A stretch of DNA of 64,000 bases from Eubacteriales bacterium (GTDB lineage: Bacteria > Bacillota > Clostridia > Oscillospirales > RGIG5299): NCBI GenBank assembly GCA_045588575.1, contig JAZNEJ010000008.1:108060-172059 (forward strand), in the 5' to 3' direction. The notes under the pieces are model-generated. The model saw only the letters and a program-made list of their open reading frames with translations, was not told the DNA's origin and did no database searches. Positions 35,190 through 43,275 of the stretch are shown one piece after another; positions within the stretch are counted from its first letter, which is position 1, and every line of letters starts with the position of its first letter. Position numbers and translations under genes: made by a program.

Positions 35190-37283
35190 ATGGCAAAGAA
35201 GATAATTTCAATTTTACTTTGCGTTGTTATGCTTGCAGGCGTTATGAGCTTTTTATCGGCTTGTAATTTCCAAACCGTTGGAAGAACCTATTACATAAGC
35301 TCTTCAACCGGTAACGACGATAACGATGCAAAAACAGAAGGCTCTGCTTGGAAAACCTTTAAAAACCTCAAAACAACCGTTTTAAAGGAAGGCGACAGAG
35401 TTTTACTCAAAAGAGGCGACGAATGGAACGAGCGCCTTGAAATCTACGGCGGCGGCTCGAAAGAGCACATGGCTTTGGTTTCGGCATACGGCGATAAAAA
35501 CGCGCCCAGACCTCGCATTAAACTTAACAACACAATCGACGATATATGCGTTTTGGTTTCCGACGTTCACTACGAAAAAGACCAGAAAAATATGGTTAAC
35601 GAAATTTCCAACCTTATCATCGAGGAGCTCGATATAAGAAACGCTTATCTCGGCATTTATTTCAGAACCTTGTTCTTCACACACAAAAACCTTATTGTAA
35701 GAAATCTTGAAATTTCTGAAATTTGGGCAGAGGGCGTTTCGAGTCCCACCGGCGGAAGCGCAGTAACCGACGCTGCAATTGCCGCTCAACCCAAAGGAAA
35801 TCTTCCCAAGGTTAACAAAAACACCGGTCTTGTAACCGAAACGGGCGGCGGCGCTAACGAATGGCTCCTTGCAAGCGCAGTTTTATTCACGGGCGGATGG
35901 GAAAACGTTGAATTCGGAAATCTCCGCTTTAACAATGCCGTTAACGGCCTCGAGCTTATAGTTATGAAGGACGTTTGGGTTCACGATATAATTTCCGCAG
36001 GCGGTCTTGTTTTCCGTTCACAGCACTCCGAAAACGTTAAGGTTGAAAGATGCCGCTTGCTTTCCACTCACGAAGAATTCACCTTCTGGGGCGGTATGAC
36101 CGGAAGCTATCTCGGCACTGCTACCAATAACGTTGTAACCAACAACGAGTTCTCTTACTGTTACAGAAACGGCCAGAACGACGGCTGCGGTCTTGACTAT
36201 GAAACTCAGTGCTGGGATACCAAGGTTGAATACAACGTATTCCACCACAACGATTCGGGCTCGCTTTTAATTATGGAGCTTCCCGATTACGGCGTTCACG
36301 ATAACATAACTTTCGACCACAACCTTTGTTACAACAACATAAGAGACCCCAAAACCACAACTTACAACTACGAAGTTTTAATGAGAAACCACGGCACCAA
36401 CAATATTTCAATTTCCTATAACGATTTCTTCACTCCCGCAAGAACAAAATGGGGCATTGTTGATTACATTGGCTGCAATGAAGACAGAGTTGCCGCTTCA
36501 ACCATTCAGGTTGGCAACAACGAAAAAACCGTTGACGATTACCGCACCCGTTTTAGCTTTAACAAAGACGGCTTCGGCGAGGGATTTGCCGCTCACACCG
36601 GCTCGTTCACCGTTGCAAACGGCGTTGGTAAAATAACCGCCAAGGATAAGCTCGGCGCTATTGTTTTAAACAATCCCATCAACGGCTTCTGCTACAAGAA
36701 GATGCTCTTTAACGTTGCAAACGATGCAAAAGGCACTCTTCAGGTTCAGTATTCTCTTTCCGACGGCACCGTTAAAAAGAGTGAAAAGGTAAATCTTAAC
36801 GGCGCAGGCGGCTACATTGTAAATCTCGGTGAGGATATCAATTCCGCACTTTACAACATCGTTGTAATTTACACTCCCTCAAGCTCAAACGGCTCGGTTG
36901 AATTCGATTTCATTCAGTTTATGATTGATATGGATGCAACCGCAAGAAAGTCGGGTAACAAAACCATCGACGTAACCTTTGTTGGCGATAGCGTTCCCTT
37001 TGTTTCCGATAAAGCAACCGCAAAGCACATCTCCATTAACGGCTACACCGTAACCAAAATGGAAAAGGTAAACTACAACACCGTTAGAGTAACGGTTAAC
37101 GAAAACGTCGGTAACGTTAAAAATCTTAAAGTTACCGCACAGGCAGGTCTCTTTATAGACTATTTTGCCGATATCATTAAAGGTCTTGATTGCGACAGAA
37201 CCGCCGCAGACGATGCAGCTCTTCTCGGTTGCCAAACTCAAGCCTACTATTATAGCGGCGCACTTGCTTTCACCTGCAAATAA
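35190..37283 (+). CDS. Beta-helix-like surface lipoprotein, paralogue 4 (697 aa)
   Basis: MAKKIISILLCVVMLAGVMSFLSAC lipoprotein signal, with GGAGGA upstream of the ATG at 35190. The listed ORF start at 35139 is an upstream extension. Confidence 0.7.
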   Translation: MAKKIISILLCVVMLAGVMSFLSACNFQTVGRTYYISSSTGNDDNDAKTEGSAWKTFKNLKTTVLKEGDRVLLKRGDEWNERLEIYGGGSKEHMALVSAYGDKNAPRPRIKLNNTIDDICVLVSDVHYEKDQKNMVNEISNLIIEELDIRNAYLGIYFRTLFFTHKNLIVRNLEISEIWAEGVSSPTGGSAVTDAAIAAQPKGNLPKVNKNTGLVTETGGGANEWLLASAVLFTGGWENVEFGNLRFNNAVNGLELIVMKDVWVHDIISAGGLVFRSQHSENVKVERCRLLSTHEEFTFWGGMTGSYLGTATNNVVTNNEFSYCYRNGQNDGCGLDYETQCWDTKVEYNVFHHNDSGSLLIMELPDYGVHDNITFDHNLCYNNIRDPKTTTYNYEVLMRNHGTNNISISYNDFFTPARTKWGIVDYIGCNEDRVAASTIQVGNNEKTVDDYRTRFSFNKDGFGEGFAAHTGSFTVANGVGKITAKDKLGAIVLNNPINGFCYKKMLFNVANDAKGTLQVQYSLSDGTVKKSEKVNLNGAGGYIVNLGEDINSALYNIVVIYTPSSSNGSVEFDFIQFMIDMDATARKSGNKTIDVTFVGDSVPFVSDKATAKHISINGYTVTKMEKVNYNTVRVTVNENVGNVKNLKVTAQAGLFIDYFADIIKGLDCDRTAADDAALLGCQTQAYYYSGALAFTCK

Positions 37284-37292
37284 TAAAACCCA

Positions 37293-37320
37293 AAGCCCCG
37301 AGTTTTTCGGGGCTTTTTTT
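37293..37320 (+). terminator. Rho-independent terminator of paralogue 4
   Basis: aagccccga-gttt-ttcggggctt followed by tttttt. Confidence 0.7.
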
Positions 37321-37321
37321 G

Positions 37322-37350
37322 TTGCAATTCATATTTTTTTATGTTATTAT
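37322..37350 (+). promoter_or_regulatory. Sigma-A-type extended -10 promoter of paralogue 5
   Basis: TTGCAA, 17-nt spacer ending TGt, TATTAT. Confidence 0.55.
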
Positions 37351-37392
37351 AAGTATATATTCTTAATCCAATAGAATTAGAGGGATTTCAAA

Positions 37393-39522
37393 ATGCTGAA
37401 AAAGATAATTTCAATTTTGCTTTGCGTTATAATTTTATTCGGCTTAACGAGCTTTTTTTCTTCTTGCAGCGTTAAACTCGGAAGAAGCTACTACATAAGC
37501 TCTTCAACCGGCAACGACGCAAACGATGCCAAAACCGAAAAAACCGCTTGGAAAAGCTTTGAAAATCTTAAAGACGTGGTTCTTCAGCCCGGCGATAAGG
37601 TTTTATTAAAGCGTGGCGACGAATGGAACGAGCGCTTGGAAATCTACGGCGGCGGAAGCACGAAATGCAGAGCTTTGGTTTCCTCTTACGGCGATATATC
37701 TAAGCCAAAGCCCATAATCCGTCTTAATAACACCATAAACGATATTTGCGTTTTGGTTGCCGACGTTCGATATGATGAAAATCAGCAGAATATGTTTAAC
37801 GAGATTTCCAATCTCACCATTGAAAATTTAGACGTTCGCAACGCATATCTCGGAATTTATATCAGAACTCTCAAATACTACTGCAAAAATTTAACCATTC
37901 AAAATTGCGATATTTCTAACATCTGGGCAGAAGAAATTTTAGAAACCAACTCAAGCGGCTATAAATGCGTGCTTAATTACTCCATTCCCGGAAGCCTTGG
38001 CGAAAGATACGCCACAATGGCAAAAGGAAATCTTCCTTATTGGAACAGGCAAACAAACGAAGTATTGCCCACCGGCGGCGGTGCAATCGGTGATGAAGCT
38101 TGGTTCCTTGCCAGCGCAGTATTATTCACGGGCGGCTGGACTAACGTTGAAATAGGCAATATAGTTATGAACAACAATATGAACGGTCTTGAGCTCATTG
38201 CCTCGAAGGATATTTGGGTGCACGACGTTATTGCCGCAGGCAGTCTTACCTTCCGCTCACAGCATTGCACCAACGTTACCATTGAAAGAACCCGTTGCTT
38301 GCAAACTCATCAGGAAATTACCTTCTGGGGCGGCATTACGGGAAGCTATTTCGGCACCACCACAAACGGTATTTTCAAAAACAGCGAGATTTCTTACGTT
38401 TGGAGAAACGGTGAAAACGACGGCTGCGCCATAGACTACGAAACTCAGTGTTGGGATTGCAAAATTGAAAACAACGCCTTCCATCATAACGATTCGGGCT
38501 CGCTTTTAATTATGGAGCTTCCCGCAACTGCAACTCATTCTAACGTTACCTTCAACTCCAATCTTTGTTACGATAACATAAGAGACCCCAAAAGCGGCAT
38601 TTATAACTGGGAAGTTTTTATGAAAAACAACGGCAGAGATAATATATCAATCTCCTATAACGATTTCTTCACGCCGTTCAGAACCAAATGGGGCATTCCC
38701 GGATATATAGGTTGTAATGAAGACAGATTTGCCGCAACCACAATTAAAGACGGTAACGTTGAAAAGGATACCGACGATTACCGCACTCGTTTTTCCTTTA
38801 ACAAAGACGGAAATACGGAAGGCTGGAAAATTCTTAACGGAAGCTTCACCGTGGCAAACGGCATTGGTAAGTTAACGGCGAAAAACAAGCTTGCCGCAAT
38901 GGTTTTAGATATTCCCGTTAACGGCTTTTGCTATAAAGAGCTTCTTTTTAAGGTTACCAATAACGCAAAGGGAATGCTTCAGCTTCAATATGCAAACTCC
39001 GACGGAACTATTATAAGAACCGAAAAGGTAGCGGTAAACGGCGCAGGGGAATATTCCGTTTCTCTCGGAAAAGACATCTATTCCGTTTTGAAAAACGTTA
39101 CGGTTTTATTCACTCCCGTTGAGCCTAACGGAAGCTTGGAGCTTGACTACGCTCAGTTTATTCTCGATATGAGTGCCTCGGCAAAAAAATCGGGAACAAG
39201 AACCATCGACGTAACCTTTACGGGTGAATCGTTCCCCGTTATAAGCGATTATTTGCAAGCAAGCTATTTAACGGTTAACGGCTATACGGTTAACAAAATT
39301 GAAAAAATAAATTACAACACTGTCAGAGTAACCGTTAACAAAAACGTGGGTAATTTAAGCAACCTGAAAATTACCGCAAAAGCAGAGCTTTTCATTCCTT
39401 ACTTTGCCGATATCATTAAAGGGCTTGACTGCGACAGAACCGCCGCAGACGATGCAGCTCTTCTCGGTTGCTCCGCTCAAAGCTACTACTATAACGGAAG
39501 CATTTCCTTAACCTGTAAATAA
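37393..39522 (+). CDS. Beta-helix-like surface lipoprotein, paralogue 5 (709 aa)
   Basis: MLKKIISILLCVIILFGLTSFFSSC lipoprotein signal and the family blocks (GENDGCAIDYETQCW, FHHNDSGSLLIME). Confidence 0.7.
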   Translation: MLKKIISILLCVIILFGLTSFFSSCSVKLGRSYYISSSTGNDANDAKTEKTAWKSFENLKDVVLQPGDKVLLKRGDEWNERLEIYGGGSTKCRALVSSYGDISKPKPIIRLNNTINDICVLVADVRYDENQQNMFNEISNLTIENLDVRNAYLGIYIRTLKYYCKNLTIQNCDISNIWAEEILETNSSGYKCVLNYSIPGSLGERYATMAKGNLPYWNRQTNEVLPTGGGAIGDEAWFLASAVLFTGGWTNVEIGNIVMNNNMNGLELIASKDIWVHDVIAAGSLTFRSQHCTNVTIERTRCLQTHQEITFWGGITGSYFGTTTNGIFKNSEISYVWRNGENDGCAIDYETQCWDCKIENNAFHHNDSGSLLIMELPATATHSNVTFNSNLCYDNIRDPKSGIYNWEVFMKNNGRDNISISYNDFFTPFRTKWGIPGYIGCNEDRFAATTIKDGNVEKDTDDYRTRFSFNKDGNTEGWKILNGSFTVANGIGKLTAKNKLAAMVLDIPVNGFCYKELLFKVTNNAKGMLQLQYANSDGTIIRTEKVAVNGAGEYSVSLGKDIYSVLKNVTVLFTPVEPNGSLELDYAQFILDMSASAKKSGTRTIDVTFTGESFPVISDYLQASYLTVNGYTVNKIEKINYNTVRVTVNKNVGNLSNLKITAKAELFIPYFADIIKGLDCDRTAADDAALLGCSAQSYYYNGSISLTCK

Positions 39523-39538
39523 AATAAAAAAAGTAAAA

Positions 39539-39565
39539 AAGCCCCGAATTTTCGGGGCTTTTTTA
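39539..39565 (+). terminator. Rho-independent terminator of paralogue 5
   Basis: aagccccgaa-tt-ttcggggctt followed by tttt. Confidence 0.7.
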
Positions 39566-39594
39566 TTGCAATAAAACAAAATATATGCTAATAT
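39566..39594 (+). promoter_or_regulatory. Sigma-A-type extended -10 promoter of paralogue 6
   Basis: TTGCAA, 17-nt spacer ending TGc, TAATAT. Confidence 0.55.
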
Positions 39595-39625
39595 ATATTT
39601 ACCCTTGAAATGCGAGGTAAAAATT

Positions 39626-41806
39626 ATGAAAAAAATTATATCTCTTTTAATTTGTCTTGTCCTTTTATTTGGAATTACGGGCGTTTTATCTTCTTGCGTG
39701 ATTGAAGAAGTTTCACAGCCCGAGCTTGAGGAAGAGCCTTTTTCTCCTGTTGGCAGAGTCTATTACATAAGCTCTTCAACGGGCGACGACTCAAACGACG
39801 CTTTAACAAAGGAAACCGCATGGAAAAGCTTTAAAAACCTTAAAAACGTTGTTTTAACGGCAGGCGACAGAGTTTTACTCAAAAGAGGCGACGAATGGAA
39901 CGAGCGCTTGGAAATTTACGGCGGCGGAAGTGAAGAACACAGAGCAATTGTTTCCTCTTACGGATATAAAAACGAACCCAAGCCGAGAATTAAGCTAAAT
40001 AACACCATAGACGATATCTGCGTGCTTGTTTCCGACGTAAGATACGATGAAAACCTCGCAAACGTAGCCAACCGTTGCGATAACCTTATAATTGAAAATT
40101 TGGATATACGCAATGCTTACCTCGGCATTTATTTCAGAACTCTTCTTTATTATAACGTTAACTTAACCGTTAGAAATCTTGAAATTTCTGAAATCTGGGC
40201 AGAGGGCGTTTCGCAGGATATGAGCTTAAGCGGCGCAAAAGACGCTTATTGGGCAGGTCTTGTTAAAGCAAACCTTCCCACCTACAAAATAGATAAAGAA
40301 ATAGAATCCGATGATATCGGCGATAAGATAATTTCCGTTACCGAAACGGGCGGCGGCGCTAACGAATGGCTTCTTCCCAGCGCAGTATTGTTTACGGGCG
40401 GCTGGACCAACGTTGAATTCGGCAATATTATTATGAATAATGCAATGAACGGCCTTGAGCTTATTGCATCAAAGGATATTTGGGTACACGACGTTATTGC
40501 AACAGGCGGAACTCTTTTCCGTTCACAGCACTGCACCAACCTTAAAGTTGAAAGAAGCCGCTTACTTTCCACCAACGAAAGATTCTCCTTCTGGGGCGGT
40601 ATGACAGGCTCGTATCTCGGTACCACCAAGGATAGCATTATAATGAATAACGAGCTTTCCTATTGTTTAAGAAACGGCGCGGGCGACGGCTGCGGTATGG
40701 ATTACGAAACTCAGTGCTGGAACACCAAGGTTGACTATAACGTTTTCCACCATAACGATTCGGGCTCGCTCTTAATTATGGAGCTTCACAGAAACGATAA
40801 AAGAGAGGACCTTGGTTTTCATCAAGACATTACCTTTAACTATAACCTTTCCTACAATAATCTCAGAGATATTAAAACCCAACAGTATAGCTACGAGGTT
40901 TTAATGAGAAACCACGGCACCAACAATATTTCAATTTCCTATAACGATTTCTATACTCCCTATAGAACAAAGTGGGGATTAACAAACTACATCGGCTGTA
41001 ACGAAGATAGAGTTGCCGCTTCAACGATTAAAGAAGGCAACAATCAAAATTCGGTTAACAATTATCGCACACGCTTCTCCTTTAACAAAGACGGAAACGG
41101 CGAAGGCTTTAAGGCTCACACCGGCACCTTTACCGTTGCAAACGGCGTTGGTAAAATTGAATCGAAGGGAAATGTCGGCGCAATTTATTTATCAATTCCC
41201 CAAAACGGCTTCTGCTACAAAAACGTTTTGGTAAGCGTTTCAAATAATGCAAAGGGCTCGCTTTATTTCCAATACTCCCTCTCCGACGGAACCGTTATGC
41301 AAAGCGAGCAAGTTAAAATTAACGGCAAGGGTAACTACATTGTTTCTCTTGGCGACGACATAAAGTCGTCTCTTTACGATATTGCTCTTGTTTTCCTTCC
41401 CTCGCAGTCGGGCGGAGTTATTGAAATGGATTACATTCAGTTCCTTCTCGATATTACCGCATCGGCAAAGAAAATAGATGATAACACCATTGAAATTGCC
41501 TTTGGCGGCGATTCCGTTCCCTTCGTTTCCGATAACCTTAACAAAAACTATATTAACGTTGGCGGCTACACCGTTACCGCTATTGAAAAATATAACTACA
41601 ACACAATAAGAGTAACGGTTAACGAAAAGGTTGGTAATCTTAAAAACCTTAAAATTGCAACAAGCGCAAACCTCTTCGTGCGCTACTTTGCCGATATCAT
41701 TAAAGGGCTTGACTGCGACAGAACCGCCGCAGACGATGCAGCTCTTCTCGGTTGCCAAGCTCAAAGCTACTACTATAACGGAAGCATTTCCTTGGCTTGT
41801 AAATAA
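39626..41806 (+). CDS. Beta-helix-like surface lipoprotein, paralogue 6 (726 aa) with acidic post-lipobox linker
   Basis: MKKIISLLICLVLLFGITGVLSSC, then VIEEVSQPELEEEPFSPVG before the conserved RVYYISSSTGDD. ATG at 39626. Confidence 0.7.
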   Translation: MKKIISLLICLVLLFGITGVLSSCVIEEVSQPELEEEPFSPVGRVYYISSSTGDDSNDALTKETAWKSFKNLKNVVLTAGDRVLLKRGDEWNERLEIYGGGSEEHRAIVSSYGYKNEPKPRIKLNNTIDDICVLVSDVRYDENLANVANRCDNLIIENLDIRNAYLGIYFRTLLYYNVNLTVRNLEISEIWAEGVSQDMSLSGAKDAYWAGLVKANLPTYKIDKEIESDDIGDKIISVTETGGGANEWLLPSAVLFTGGWTNVEFGNIIMNNAMNGLELIASKDIWVHDVIATGGTLFRSQHCTNLKVERSRLLSTNERFSFWGGMTGSYLGTTKDSIIMNNELSYCLRNGAGDGCGMDYETQCWNTKVDYNVFHHNDSGSLLIMELHRNDKREDLGFHQDITFNYNLSYNNLRDIKTQQYSYEVLMRNHGTNNISISYNDFYTPYRTKWGLTNYIGCNEDRVAASTIKEGNNQNSVNNYRTRFSFNKDGNGEGFKAHTGTFTVANGVGKIESKGNVGAIYLSIPQNGFCYKNVLVSVSNNAKGSLYFQYSLSDGTVMQSEQVKINGKGNYIVSLGDDIKSSLYDIALVFLPSQSGGVIEMDYIQFLLDITASAKKIDDNTIEIAFGGDSVPFVSDNLNKNYINVGGYTVTAIEKYNYNTIRVTVNEKVGNLKNLKIATSANLFVRYFADIIKGLDCDRTAADDAALLGCQAQSYYYNGSISLACK

Positions 41807-41820
41807 AATAATAAAAGCCC

Positions 41821-42010
41821 CGAATTTGGCGAGCCTGCCACGGAGCAGGTCGCCAGCTATGATCGCCTTCGGCGAGTTTAGAGTTATGATTGCCTTCGGC
41901 AAGTTATGATGCACCCTCGGTGCAGCTTGAAGTAGCAAGGCGATCATATCATAACGTTTGCAGAGCAAACCCATAACGGCGAGCGTAAGCGAACCTCATA
42001 ACTTATAACT
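41821..42010 (+). other. Cluster of short hairpins (UUCG-type loops) with TTATGAT/ATCATAA inverted repeats
   Basis: cgcc-ttcg-gcg, ttgcc-ttcg-gcaa, tgcacc-ctcg-gtgca and gtttgc-agag-caaac. tatgatcgcc (41858-41867) is the exact reverse complement of ggcgatcata (41939-41948). No coding potential is evident. Strand assigned only from loop identity. Confidence 0.4.
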
Positions 42011-42054
42011 GAAAATAGCTTTTGTATCCACCAATGCAGTGCTTGTCAAGAAAA

Positions 42055-42087
42055 AAGGACAGAGAATGTAAAACACTCTCTGTCCTT
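42055..42087 (-). terminator. Rho-independent terminator of the minus-strand amidohydrolase operon
   Basis: Minus strand: aaggacagaga-gtgttttacat-tctctgtcctt followed by tttttt. Confidence 0.6.
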
Positions 42088-42150
42088 TTCCTATCGGTTT
42101 GAGTATATTGCTCTACGGCAAACTCCTTTTGGATGGCTTTTTCTTTTTCA

Positions 42151-43272
42151 TTAAAAAACCTTTTTACCTTGAATATAAGCGGCGGTGCAAGAAGTCATAA
42201 CGTCAAGCGGGTCGCCGTTAAAAATTGCAATATCGGCATCCATGCCCGCTTTTAAATAGCCTTTTTCACTTAACTCACTAAGCTCGGCGGCTGTTGAGGT
42301 CATTGCCTTATAGGCAGAAATGCGGTCAAGTCCGTTTTTAACCGAAACGGCAGCCGAAAGAGCAAGATATTGAATGGGAATTACGGGATGGTCGGTTATT
42401 ACGGCGCATTTAACGCCCTCTTTATCTAAAATGCCTATCGTTTCGGGCGAAAGACTTTCAAGCTCGGGCTTTGAACGGTCGCAAATAATGGGGCCGCATA
42501 GCACGGGAACGTTATTTTTGGAAAGATATTCTTTAATTTTTGCCGCATCGGTTCCGTGAACTATAACGAGGCGGAAATTAAATTCCTTTGAAAGCTTAAC
42601 TGCGGTTAAAATGTCCTCCGCCTTGTGAGCGTGAGCAAAAACGGGCATTTCGCCGCTTAAAACCTTGCAAACGGCTTCAAGCTTTATATCGAAGGCGGGA
42701 GATTTTCCGTCTTTTTTTGCTTTTTCCTCGGCATAGTTTTCAGCCTTTATAAAAAGCTCTCTGAGAAGTGCGGCGGTTGCCATTCGGGTTTGAGGGCCTT
42801 TGTTTTTATAGCAGCTTTTCGGATTTTCGCCAAATGCAATTTTAAGACCTGCGTTTTGTTTATAAAGCCTTGTTTCAAGCTCGCCCGCCGTGTGAAAAGC
42901 CGCATAAATTCCCCCTGCCGCATTTGCGCTTCCGGGGCCCGTTAAAACGGTGGTAATTCCTGCGGAAATTGCTTCCTCAAAGCATTTATCGAAAATCTTT
43001 ACACCGTCGGAGCCGAAAAGATGAGGAGTTAACGGGTCGGTTGCCTCGTTTCCGTCGTCGTTTTCAAAACCGCTTGCGTTCCCCCACATTCCCAAATGAG
43101 AGTGGGCGTCGATTAAACCGGGGAAAACGAAGCTGCCCGAAAGGTCGGTAAAATCCTGCTTGTTAAAATCAGACATTTTTCCAACCTCGGTTATTTTTCC
43201 GTTTTCAAAAGAAACAAAGCCGTTTTCAATTATTTTTTCGCCGTCAAAAATTTTTGCATTGATTAAATTCAT
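42151..43272 (-). CDS. Metal-dependent amidohydrolase family protein
   Basis: PGLIDAHSHLGMW (HxH), later VFAHAH and ITDHP motifs. 373 aa. Confidence 0.8.
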   Translation of the reverse strand: MNLINAKIFDGEKIIENGFVSFENGKITEVGKMSDFNKQDFTDLSGSFVFPGLIDAHSHLGMWGNASGFENDDGNEATDPLTPHLFGSDGVKIFDKCFEEAISAGITTVLTGPGSANAAGGIYAAFHTAGELETRLYKQNAGLKIAFGENPKSCYKNKGPQTRMATAALLRELFIKAENYAEEKAKKDGKSPAFDIKLEAVCKVLSGEMPVFAHAHKAEDILTAVKLSKEFNFRLVIVHGTDAAKIKEYLSKNNVPVLCGPIICDRSKPELESLSPETIGILDKEGVKCAVITDHPVIPIQYLALSAAVSVKNGLDRISAYKAMTSTAAELSELSEKGYLKAGMDADIAIFNGDPLDVMTSCTAAYIQGKKVF

Positions 43273-43275
43273 TTT

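Noticed and set aside
23846-41806. Could the ~2.2-kb periodic repeats be a CRISPR array, an integrated mobile element or a prophage remnant?
   Set aside because: The units are full-length protein genes, not 25-40-nt repeats with spacers. I saw no cas genes, integrase, transposase, recombinase, tRNA attachment site or terminal inverted repeats. Base composition and promoter style match the flanking chromosome by eye.
41857-41930. Three ~22-nt TATGAT-hairpin units as a mini-CRISPR or tandem-repeat array.
   Set aside because: The units are too short, imperfect and contiguous (no spacers). They are better described as a hairpin cluster (see findings).
41240-41974. 244-aa minus-strand ORF, plus many other 60-130-aa antisense ORFs inside the paralogue genes (for example 35403-35789, 36885-37241 and 40282-40638).
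   Set aside because: They lie antisense to strongly conserved, clearly coding paralogues. They have no SD, no recognisable motifs and odd composition. They recur only because the sense genes are paralogous.
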